Part shown: one piece after another, positions 38,876-50,509 of the stretch
Position numbering within the stretch: position 1 is the stretch's first letter
Layout: every line of letters starts with the position of its first letter
From: Proteromonas lacertae
Lineage: Eukaryota
Assembly (NCBI GenBank): GCA_002245135.1
Contig: NGBS01001170.1
Span: forward strand, 124,001-179,101
Direction of reading: 5' to 3'
DNA length: 55,101 nt
Translations under genes and position numbers: made by a program
The notes under the pieces: generated by a model
What the model was told of the DNA's origin: nothing
Databases searched by the model: none
What the model saw: the letters and a program-made list of their open reading frames with translations, nothing else

Positions 38876-40652
38876 ATGGTATATTACACACAAGATGAGT
38901 TTGTAAACGAATTTTCTACAGAAAAGCCAACGAAATCATATGTTTGGTTGTCACATTCAATTGCTGCAAGTGCTGCATTAATAATATCTGTTGTGTTAGC
39001 ATTCTGTGATATTATGAAAACATCAGAGAATGCTGCATGTAAAACAAGCATAACTACAACTTGTGACTTGGTTCTTATTTTCACAGTGATTTATTTTGTT
39101 TTATCATTCTACTGCTCACAAGTTATTGTGAAAATAAATACAACAGATGAATCAAAATCAAAAGAAGTAAAGAAAGAAGAGGATAGACAATCCAATGGTC
39201 CAACATCATTTAATATATATCAATTAATCAAGCAACCTGCAAAAACAACCATAGAACCAAGAAAACCATCCTATGATACAAGAATCATTACAAATTCAGA
39301 AGATTTAGATGAATTATATACTGAAAGAAATCATCGTGAAGAACGTGAGCAACAAAGACAACAACAACAGCAGCAGCAACAACAACATAATCAACATCAG
39401 AATTATAATCAAAGTCAGAATCAAAATCAATCAAAACAACAATATTTCAGATACTTAAAACCATACACAAAATCATTAACAACAACAATATGGAAGTATA
39501 TTCCATCAATGTCTTTATTAAAGTATAGTTATTTCATTATATATTATATTAAATAGTCCATCCTCTCAATTAAATATGAATATTTCTAATTCATATTCAA
39601 ATTCAAAGAAAGCATTTGAGTTTTTAAAAGAAAAGAATATTAGAGAAAAAATTGATATTTGGAGTGATAATATGAGAAGATTTATTGTGTCTTATACAAA
39701 GAAAACAATTGTATAATAATAATAATAATAATATATTTTAATATTTTATATAGTTAAATCCAATGAAAGAAAATACTGATGAATTACTAGAAGTTTTACC
39801 AATTCAAATGTTGAATTATACTGACATTGATTATAGAGCCAATTTGAATAATAATTATTTAACTTTAGAAGCAATAGTAGAAATGTATGCCAATACAAAT
39901 CATCCAAGTTATTCATTATTAAGATCAAAAAGAAGACAAAATATTCAACTATTTACTGAGAGAAAAATGGTATTTAATTGTATATGTTTTATACTTCATA
40001 GTTGGAGAAGTATATAACAATTAATGGAAATGTAAGACATAGAGGATATATATCATTTTATTATTATTATTGATTAATTAATATTTCTTTAATTATATTG
40101 TAAGTGTTAGACAGATTGAACCATTTATGTGAGAATGACTATTTAACAGGATATATATGGAATGAAGGAGGTGAATATCTGAAGAAGAAATGGTCAGATA
40201 AATATCCATCAGATGCACAAGTATAATCTATATGAATAATCTATATATTTATATAGATTATAATGCATATATTCAAGTGTTATATGGATGATTTGCTATC
40301 AGGTGGTTTGTGGGGTTTTACACCATTTACTGATACTTATTATATTGAATATGATAAAATATCAGAAGGAATTCCAGGTATATTTATAAATATTTATTAA
40401 TTATTGTTATTATAAATAGAATGGAAAAGTAGTTCATTGGCAATAGAAGAATCAAATTTAGTTCCACCTCATTATAATTTAACATATAAGAAAGAGATTA
40501 TTTATATACTACCTGGAAGACCAAATGCATTTATGACAATGGTGGTGATGTTATATTTGATTGAAAATGAATCAGAGTTCATGGGAAGATTAGGAAATTG
40601 CGATTTATCAAATATATTGAAGGTATTATCGGAAGATGAAAGTCAATTTTAA
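38876..40652 (+). CDS. TMEM209: TMEM209-family (CytochromB561_N-domain) protein
   Basis: Two N-terminal TM segments; WNEGGEYLKKKWSDKYPSDAQIIMHIFKCYMD, PPHYNL, LPGRPN match the TMEM209 C-terminal motifs. Confidence 0.8.
40050..40103 (+). other. Putative U12-type intron, AT-AA, phase 0, 54 nt (TMEM209)
   Basis: Donor ATATCATTTT (one mismatch to consensus); branch-like TTCTTTAAT 10 nt before the 3' end; splicing gives RGY|VLDRLNHL. Confidence 0.72.
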
Positions 40653-40991
40653 TTATTTTTCCTGTTTTCTTAATATTTTGTATTATTTTTTCATTTTTTA
40701 TTTCAAAAGATTTAAAAGAGAATGATTTAAATCAAATCGAAGGTAGTTAGTCTGTAATTATACTCTTAACGATGAAACTAGTAATAAATTAGTTTAAAAT
40801 GTAACTTTTGTGTAGATCAATCCATTAAGATGTTAAAATTATGATTACATTTAGTTATAAGTTAGATGTTAGATAATTAACTTCAAAATTATGCAGCCAT
40901 TATAATAAATTAATCATAGATAATTAATAATGACTATACAACTCTAAATAAAACGAAAATATAATTCAACTTGACATTAATATTAATTTCT

Positions 40992-41328
40992 TTAATTTGA
41001 GACAGCTTTTGGTTTAGCTTGAGTACCACATCTGAAACCATTCTTGAAACGTCTTGATAATGTCTTCATATAACTCATACGACCAGTTCCTTGGGTTCTA
41101 CGACGGATAGCTTTTGTTCCCCAATTGTCTATATATATAATTGAATAAAAAATACAATGTCGTGTTTTAGCATTTGGATAACCACATGAAGCACAGGTCT
41201 TCTTTTGATTATGGAATGAGCTCTTACCACATCTACGGCAGATGGTGTGAGTCTTTGTGTGTCGTTCACCAAAACTAGTTGTACCTTTAGTCTATTCAAT
41301 AATAGCTTAATTAATAAAATAATACCAT
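40992..41328 (-). CDS. RPL37: 60S ribosomal protein L37 (3 exons, missed by ORF track)
   Basis: [58 protein letters not shown]. Confidence 0.97.
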
Positions 41329-41426
41329 TGTAATGCCAAGTTAATGAAACTATTATTAAATAAACTTTATATAATAAATCTGCCTCAGGGTTGGGAATTC
41401 TAACATTTTTTGTTTATTTTAGTTTT

Positions 41427-43729
41427 ATGGGTTGTTCATTGTCTAAAACAAAAAATATAAATGAGTATTGACAATATCATATATATTGTAGAATGGGTGA
41501 AGAGAATGAAGGCTATGAACCACCTCCGTATTTTTTTCTTTTTATTAAAAGAGGATATTAGGGAGAAAAAAGTGTCTAATTTGAGGAAAACATATTTATT
41601 AGGTGATTTAATAGGGTGTGGACCACATTCCTACACAATTATAGGAACAGAAAAGGTTTCAGGTATTTTCAATAGTTTGATAAAATATTATAGGTCGAAA
41701 AGTTGCAATTAAAATAGTTATGAAAGATGATATTGAAGATAACGCTTTATATAGAGAAAAGTTAGAAAAATCTCTCAATGTATTAATATCATTTATTGCA
41801 AATAGCTACATCATCCTCATATAGTTCAAATGTACGCATACTATGAAGATAAACATAATTTCTACATAATCAACGATTATATGGCAGGAGGTCAATTAAT
41901 CAACAATATATCTCACAGAAAATATTTTAACGAAACAGCCTGTCAATTAATAGTAAAAATCTTACTTGAAGCAGTAGATTATGCTCATCAACAAGGTATT
42001 GTACATTTGGACATCAAACCTGAAAATATATTAATAAAAGACTCAAATGATCAAAATAGTATAAATATAAGTGATTTTGGATTTGGTGAAGTATTAATTG
42101 TATAAATTACTTGAATTATGTATATTGTGTATATAGCCAGAAACAGCAAATCTATGTTATTGTCAAGATTTCGTATCACCTGAAGTAATTGGCAATAAAA
42201 AATATCTAATGAGAAATAACATAAAGACATTAAAATATATAGATTATTATCAATTAGGTGTTTATATATATATACTATTATCAGGTTATTCACCTTATCC
42301 AATATCATCAAGTGATATAAATAACAATAACAATAATATAATATACAGAAGAATAGCTGAAAATTCATATACATTTAGTGAGAATATTTGGTGTCATATA
42401 TCTGGTGAAGGAATGGATTTAGTAAAACATTTATTAATGGCAAAACCAAAGTCAAGGTTTGACAAGACTCAAGCTTTTAAACATCCATTTGTATTATATA
42501 CTCGTACTACTACTCCATTAACTGATACTTTGAGTAGTTTAATTAAATATAATGATAAAAAAAATGAAATAGATAAAACATTGATTGATGAAAAACCAAA
42601 ATATAATTGTAAAACTATAACAAAGTATATATATATATATTATTATTATTATTTATTATAGAGATGTAAATGAATTAGAAGTACCAGATCGATATGAATT
42701 TCTCAAATTCATAGGCGAAGGAAGGCAAGGTAAAGTATATGAATGTAGAAGAGTAGTTGATAATGTTTATGTAGCAATAAAGCAAATAGAAAAAGCAACA
42801 ATCAAGAATGTAGAAGATTTTAAAAGCAGAGTAGAAAGACAAAAGAGTATGAAGCACTTTAATATTGTACAAATAATTGAATTTGTTGAAGAAACATCTT
42901 ATTTTTACATTATCTATGATTACTCTCAAGGTCATGATATATTAGATTGTATATCAAAACAGGATGTATATACTGAGAATAATGCAAGGTTAATTATTAG
43001 AGGAATTTTAGAACCATTGATGCTATTACACGCAGATTATAAACCTCATTTGAATTTGAAATTATCTAATGTTATGATTGATACATATAGTGATTATAAT
43101 TCTATTAAATTGAGTGATTTAGGATCATTAAATTATATCTATGTATATATTATTATTATTATTATTAAAAATAGGATTGTTTAAATTATCCATTTGATTC
43201 AGTCGATTGTCTTCCTCCAGAAATATTATTAAAGAAAAGAGCTATTGGTAATGCTGCTGATATGTGGTCAATAGGTGTGATGACTTATATATTACTCAGT
43301 GGAGAAAGTCCATTTCTTTCATTTGATGATATATTGTCAGGTACTTTTAGTTTCAGAGGTATAATATGGTATGAAATATCAAACGAAGCGAAGAATTTTA
43401 TTTTGAAGTTAATTACTGCTTCACCATATGAAAGAATGACAGCTGAAGAAGCATTTAATCATCCATTTATAGTAGGGCAAAGAGAATTCCCTGAATTGAA
43501 GAATGTGATGAATCAATTGTGTTTATACAATGTAGAAAGGAAGAAAGTTCATGATCCAGTTAGAGTGATTATTCCAAAAGTTATTGAGAAAAAGAAACCT
43601 ATGTTGAGAGGTCCGAAACAAGATGTAGATGAGAATAATCCTTATGTATTTCCTACAATTGTTGTGGAGAAAGAGAATGATACACAACCACCTACTTCGA
43701 CTAAGGAAAATGAGAATAGTAAAAAATAG
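41427..43729 (+). CDS. CAMK-like protein with two tandem kinase domains (second likely a pseudokinase); MGC start
   Basis: Domain 1: VAIK, VHLDIKPEN, DFG. Domain 2: IGEGRQGKV, VAIK, PHLNLKLSNV, DLG, DMWSIGV. Exons join through short introns. Confidence 0.8.
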
Positions 43730-43957
43730 GTTACTTATTATAAATTAACAGAAATTAAATATAAATTAAACAATTATGAATTTAATATTAATGAATATAT
43801 ATAATAATAATAATTAATTACTATTGTGTAGTGAATTAAATAAAAATTTGTGATTCGAGCTTTTTTACTCAAGCCAATTTCATTTTCTTATTTTAGAGGT
43901 ATATATAGAGATAATTGCAATATAATATTTAAAATTTCGTTTATTATCTCATAGAAA

Positions 43958-45658
43958 ATGCAATCAGCTGGTGATACAGAAACAAAGCCTTTGATTTCTT
44001 CAGAAGAAAACACTACAAATATACCTATTTATACTGAAGCTGTATGATATTATTCAATGTTACCTGTATTTATTCTTATAGTCAGCTAATGCTGATGGAA
44101 TTCTAGAAACTCCTCTTTTAGAATCAGATGCAGCAGATGTATTAGGTCATACTCCACTATATGGATCGATTGCAAATCTTGCTAATTCAATTGTTGGTAT
44201 AATTTATGTTTTTTTAACATTGTAAATAGGTGCTGGTATTTTGACTTTACCATATGCAATTGCAAAAGTAGGATATGGTTTAGGATGGTTAACAATGATA
44301 TTATTTGCTGGTATTTAGTTTCATTTATATTTATGATAGTTGTCTCAGCTGGAAGTGCATTTATGCTATATACATGCTATTGTAAATCAGGTGAAAAAAC
44401 ATATGGAACAATAACAAAAAGATATTATGGAAAAGTTGCAGCTGGAATTGTTGAATTCATTATAGTATAATATAATTGTTTAATAAATCATTATATAGAT
44501 GGCTTATTCAATTGGTGCATGTTTCGGTTATATGATCATAGTCTCCAACAAACTAGATGTAGTTGTATCTCTAATAACGGATCATTATCCATTACCTCAT
44601 TCAATCAGATTCTTATCAGATAGAAGTGTATTAATTACACTGATGGTTGTATTAATAATACTTCCAGCTTCACTTCAAAAGAGTCTTGGTGCTTTGAGAT
44701 TTACAAGTATTATAGCAATGGCAACTATATTGTATTTAACAATATGTGTTATTGCTCAAGCATCTTGGACTGATTCTTGTAAGATAGGTGAAGAAGCTGG
44801 TTATGAATGCATAAATAATATGTGTGTTTTACAGCCAAAACATGCATTACAGACGTTTAGTAATTATTCTTCGTGTTTATTAGGATGTGAACATGTTACA
44901 CCAGATCCATCAGGACATAATTTACATGTATATATATATATATATATAACACTATTATTATTATAAAATAGTTGAATTTCTTTGAATTAAATTATCAGAT
45001 ATTTACCACATTACCATTGTTCTGTTATGGATTTTGTTGTCAAGTACAAGTTGTTCCAGTTTTTTGTATATATATATATATATATTGTATTATATAATAA
45101 ATAGCTGAAATGAAAAAACCTACTGTAAAGAATGTAAGAATATTATTAATCTCAGCAATTTCATTTGTTTTATTATTGTATTTACCAAATAGTTTAGCTG
45201 GATATATTACATTTTGTGATAAGATATTAGGAGATGAATTAGATTGTTATGATAGTTCAAATATTCCAATGTTAATTGCTAGAATTGCCTTACCATTTAC
45301 TATCTCTGTAACATATCCATTATACTCTCATACATTGAGAATGAGTATTTCTAAAGTAATTTTTGGTACTCCTTATCCTGATACGTTATTTAGATATTTA
45401 ATAACTATCATTTTCTTAGGAATATCTTTAATTGTTGCTATTTTTTTCAAACAAATTGATGTTGTTGCTGGTATTACTGGTGCATTAGGTGGATCGATGT
45501 TAGTTTTAATTGTACCAGCATTATTGTATTATAAAGTTTCAAAGGAACATAGAACAAAGTTTTATTACTTGAAAGTGGCTATTTCTGGGATTTATATATT
45601 TTTAGGTTTAACCATTTTCGTAATTGGTACTTTTGTTACTGTTAAAGATGCCATTTAA
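43958..45658 (+). CDS. Amino-acid transporter (Aa_trans / SLC38-AVT family)
   Basis: NLANSIVGAGILTLPYA, LRFTS, multiple TM helices. Confidence 0.88.
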
Positions 45659-45761
45659 TTAACTTGTAAATGTTCTTTTTTATATATTACTAACTCTTTG
45701 TTGTTTTGAATAAAACACAATATTCCACGATCTGATCTGTGTAACCGATCATTACTTTAAA

Positions 45762-46453
45762 ATGGATTTTCAAGAGCTAGTTAGCGAATTATTAACATCG
45801 TATTGATGAATATAATATTATTCGCATAGAAGCACCATATTATGTGGTATTCATGCTCTGATGATGGCAGGTAAAGGTTCAATCAATGAAGCATGCTGGA
45901 GCATTGTTTTAAGTCAAGTTTGCTGTGCTATTACACCTTGCCTGATCAATTTGTTTGGATTACATCATCAAGCACAGATTCATTCTTATTCTTTGTTCAC
46001 TGCATTTATTTTAGCGCCATCAGCTGTTATTTATAAATTTGGTTCATCAATGGAATACCATATTCTTTCAACTGCATATTTTATTCTAGTTTTTCATCAT
46101 TTCTGTAATGAGTTTATAACAACAAAAAGTGGTTTAAGAATTCAAGCCGCTGCTGTGCTAATAGCAACAGTGTTTCTGAATTATGGCACTTTCTTTACAA
46201 CTTATATTACAATTGGATTTATTGCTTTTGTTATTCTAGCAATTTATTCCACAATATACTATCCACACGAATTATGTCCAAGACAAGATATAATTACAAT
46301 TATAATCTACTCAGCTGTTGGTTATTGTTGTTACACTCATTTAGTATATTATTCGCTTATTTATTATATTTTTAATAGTATTCAAAGTATTTACTTTATG
46401 CAATTTTAGCATATACTGTTATTGATCCCATCCTACCACAACGATTTAGATAA
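45762..46453 (+). CDS. Multi-pass membrane protein of unknown function (3 exons)
   Basis: Hydrophobic ORF with two GT-AG introns. Confidence 0.6.
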
Positions 46454-46545
46454 ATAACTAATAATATTATGATGTACTAGATATATGTTGTTTATTCCAC
46501 ATTTATTGCTTCATATATTGATTATGATATATATCTGCTTCATTA

Positions 46546-47021
46546 CTAAACAAATTCTTTCTAATATCTTGAATCTAAATAAATAACATAATTTAAGATA
46601 GAGATACTTCTTTAGTTCTCATGTAATTACATTGTTTAGCAAAATATTCACCTATTTTCATCAATGTTCCCATCGTATGATAATAATCCATCTTTCCATT
46701 AGAATCATTGGGGATATTAGTCTGATAACTATAACATTGGAGACAGTAGTCACAAAATTCTTCTGAGCGATATTTGCATTGCCTTAAAATAGCAATTAAC
46801 TGATCTCTTACTTGAGGATTCATTTCTTCATTATAATTCTCAAATATGTATTTTAGAACAAAATAAATATTTCTCGATTCATTGAATATAGTCGCTAGAT
46901 CCAATATATCACTAACTTGTGGTAATGTACCTGTAAATTGATCTTTCTATCATATATATGTAAATAGCAATACAAAATAAGGAAAATTACTGTCTATGAT
47001 ACTATTTGATGGTAAAGACAT
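46546..47021 (-). CDS. Hypothetical protein (3 exons)
   Basis: ATG at 47021; two GT-AG introns flank ORF 46593-46904; stop at 46546. Confidence 0.55.
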
Positions 47022-47187
47022 TCAAAAATAAAAGAAATAAAAAAAGAATAGAAATGGGTATGTCGAAATTATGATACACCATGATTTTAAAAAGAGAATA
47101 TTGTGACAATAAGAAAACTTTATTTTTTAAAAACACTACATATTTATATTACAATGTGATTATAATAACATGCAAAAATATGGTTAA

Positions 47188-48142
47188 CTACTGTTGTGGA
47201 TCAATATATATTATTTTGTTGGATAGTAGATATGGAACTATTCCTTCTTTCAATTGTTCGACAAACGATTTTATTTTATCTTCCATATATTGGAATAATA
47301 AACCGCATGATTGGAGGTAATTCTGTAAATCTGCGCTATTTTTATACAAATATCCGAAATTATCAATTAATTTGAATAATATATGAACGTAACAGTTGAA
47401 TAGGCGTATATGGTCTTTGCTAATAACAATTATTTTTTTAAATCCTAATGTTGACCAATGATGAATTAAACTATTAGCATTACATCAATAGTATGTATAC
47501 TCTGTTAATTGCTGATAAACATCTTCATATATATTAGTTCCTTTATTACATAGTATTATACAGTAGTAAAAATCATTATTATTCAATATTATCATATATA
47601 TTTCATTACCATCTTTATTAATTGGAAAAATTAGTAGTTTTTTATTTATATAACGTTTTAGTAGTATACTCTTTTCATTTATACTGTTTTTAGCTAGTAA
47701 TTTGAATATGAAATTGACAGAAAATATTCTGATTTGATTCTCGTGATTGTAATGTGAGTTATTTAATATAACAGCTAGCGATAGGTTTTTGTCTTTATAT
47801 TTTTCTATTATTATTGGGCTTCCATACTCTTCTACTGATATGAGATCATCTACAGATGGATCTTTGGCATTTCCTTCAACAGTGGACATTTCGGATTGAA
47901 AACAGGTAAATATGTTCGTATATGGCCTTTTATTGGGTATGTAATGGTTGGAATAATCATGGTATGTGTCTTTAGTGATATTCCTACGTCTTTTTCTATG
48001 TGAAAAAATAAGGGGTAATAATGGTATACATTGGGCGACCTTTTTTATTTTTACCATCAATAATGTGATCCAATGCTATTTGTATAGATGTAAAAGAAAT
48101 TATACTTAAAGCGATTTTTTTCTTGTATGACTGTCTTGGCAT
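47188..48142 (-). CDS. Unknown-family protein, tandem paralog 1 (4 coding exons)
   Basis: MPRQSYKKKIAL|TLDHIIDG..|KRRR...; a 30-nt intron at ~47471-47500 removes the apparent TGA; ends IDPQQ like its paralog. Confidence 0.7.
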
Positions 48143-48385
48143 CAACCTATATATTGTAAATATTATGGACATACTTGTTAAAATACTGAAACTGAAAAGA
48201 ATGAAAGAAAAAGAAAAAGATTAGACAAATTTGAATATTTAGTCGTTTCATTTTCTATCAAAATTTTGATACACCAAATACTTTAAAAAGAGAATATATC
48301 ATTATAAAGATTATTTGATGTACTGAAAACACAGTATATTAATATAAATGCATTAGTATAATTATAATAAAGTATAATAAAAGCA

Positions 48386-49260
48386 TTATTGTTGTGGATC
48401 AATAAAATCGATTTGGTTGGATAGTAATCTTGAAATTACACCTTTCTTTAATTGCGCAACAAATTCATTCACCTTATTTTCGTCGTATTTGTATAATGAA
48501 CTACTTAAGTTGAGATACTTAGTTAAATCTTCATCACTTTTATACGTATATCCAAAATTATCAATTAATTTGAATAGAATATGAATATAGAAATTATCTA
48601 AGCATTTTGTATTGTTACAAATGATATATATTTTCACTGTATCTGAAGTTGATAGTTTATGAATTAAACTAGAAGAAATATACATGATAGATATATACTC
48701 TATTAGCTGCTTATATACATCCTCATAGATATCTGTTTTTCTATCACATATTATAATAAAATAGCAAATGTTAAGGTTATTCAACATTATCAATTTAATT
48801 TCATTACCATCTTTACTGATTGGAAATATTACCATTTTTTTAGTCAAATAACGTTTTATAAGAGCATTTTTCTCATCTGGACTTGCTGTAGATAGTATAT
48901 GATAGATGGAATTAACAGACAATAGGATGATTTGATTTTCATGGTTGTAAGAAGAATTGTTCAACAATGTCATAAGAGATTTATCCATGTTTTCACTTTT
49001 ATCAATAAGTATGGGAGTGCAATATTCTTCTAATTGTATAACATCATCATCATATCTTATGCTGCTTACATCTTCCACTTCTATAGCTGGATCTTTGGTA
49101 TTTTCTTCTACAATGGAAATATCAGTTTGTAGATTTACAATGTTGTTAATATATGGTCTTTTAACAGGTGATATATATTTAGATGCATTGTCTAGTATGT
49201 CATTAATGTTAATCGTACGTCTCTTCCTATACAAGATAATAAGGGGTAATTATATATATG
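48386..49260 (-). pseudogene. Tandem paralog 2, apparently 5'-truncated at the virus junction
   Basis: Homologous to 47188-48142 in CDS, intron positions and 3' flank; homology stops inside the second intron at ~49260 and the first two exons are missing. Confidence 0.6.
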
Positions 49261-49860
49261 TATAACCGTAAGAATATCACTGTATGTGGGTAAACCGTAC
49301 CAGACTATTCTTAGGTGCCTTCTACAGGTAAGAATAAGCGATTTGAGTGTGAATTAGTTTTTGGTACGGGTTATACTGGAGCAAGCGGTGAATTTAAAAT
49401 TGTGTATATATTTTAGTGTATGAGTAATTTTATGGGTTAAAATTTATTTTTATGTTTTTAATAGTTTGTAGTGTAGGATAGTAGAAATAAAGTGTATAAA
49501 TAGAAAGGTAGCTACCTGTTCTACCCCGGCAGGGTAGCTACTTTATATAATAAGAAATGTATTTCTATGTAAGTAAGTAGCGTGTCCTGTGTAGCCTAGC
49601 TAGGACTTAGTGATTAAATAGTGTGGTGGCCAAGCTACAGAATACGTTCTTACTTTTTTTTAGTTATTTTTTTCATTTATCAAATTAATAATGGATTTAT
49701 ATAGTGTAGTTAAAAACATTCAAAAGAATTTAAATAGTATCAAAAATATATATTTAAAGAATTATCTGCAGTATTCTATATTTTTTAATAAATCGAAATT
49801 CTGACGAGAAACTGTTGTTATAAACAGAAAAAAGAAACAGTTTTGATTTTCCTGATATTT
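49260..49860. other. Hairpin/palindrome-rich non-coding left terminus of the element
   Basis: CCGTACCA/TGGTACGG (49295/49362), TATTCTTA/TAAGAATA (49306/49329), GTAGCTAC twice (49508, 49534), long imperfect stem 49571-49655. Confidence 0.7.
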
Positions 49861-49894
49861 TAGAAAAACCGTTTTTATCAAAAAAATATAAAAT

Positions 49895-50374
49895 ATGTGT
49901 GCTTCAGTAAACTTTGCTTTCTTTTGTTCATTTAGAAATAATGAAGATTATTTAGATAAGTGTATATGTGGAACATGTAAGTTTTACTTATATTTTAACC
50001 ATAATATAAGTGCAGTTTTAGATAGTCCATTACCTAAGGAAGAGATAAAGTCTTATAATGAATTCTGTGCTATTTGTCATCAAAAGATGTGGACAAAGTA
50101 CAGTGATAAGAGATATTACATGATGCTTTTCGATATTAAACCATCAGTAAAACCAAGAGGATTAAATAGACATTATTTTGCAGTGTTTGATAAGTATATT
50201 GAATGGTTAACACTACCTGAAGGAATGGGAAGTGTTCATTTGAAGAAGAATCCTATGTTGAAACATTATGTAAAGAAGAATTATATATTTGATGATAGTG
50301 ATGATGATGAGGAAGAAGAAGCACAAGAAGAAGTTAAAGGAAACAATGATCAAACTACGATAAACATACTCTAA
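49895..50374 (+). CDS. Viral hypothetical protein, Cys-rich (CxCxxC, CxxC) with acidic tail
   Basis: Intronless 159-aa ORF inside the element. Confidence 0.65.
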   Translation: MCASVNFAFFCSFRNNEDYLDKCICGTCKFYLYFNHNISAVLDSPLPKEEIKSYNEFCAICHQKMWTKYSDKRYYMMLFDIKPSVKPRGLNRHYFAVFDKYIEWLTLPEGMGSVHLKKNPMLKHYVKKNYIFDDSDDDEEEEAQEEVKGNNDQTTINIL

Positions 50375-50509
50375 ATTTTAAAACGAATCTTTATCTTAAA
50401 ATGATTTGGGACAGGGTTTAAAAATATGCGTAATTTAATAAAAATCATATAATATAATAAAAATATAATAAATTTTATAATAAACATAATAAAATAATCA
50501 TAATAAAGA

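Noticed and set aside
47485..47487. In-frame TGA in paralog 1 suggesting a pseudogene or stop readthrough
   Set aside because: It lies within a 30-nt GTAT..TAG intron that is also present at the same position in paralog 2
1..49260. Blastocystis-type stop codons created by polyadenylation
   Set aside because: Every gene I could model ends in a genomically encoded stop codon
49295..49376. Bona fide U5 snRNA
   Set aside because: The loop differs from GCCUUUUAC and is enlarged, the internal loops do not match, and the Sm-like site is buried in a stem; kept only as a remark
49791..49860. Hammerhead-like CTGACGA ... GAAA motifs in the viral terminus
   Set aside because: No closing G-C pair for stem II, no NUH site after the putative stem III, and no convincing stem I; only a simple hairpin is supported
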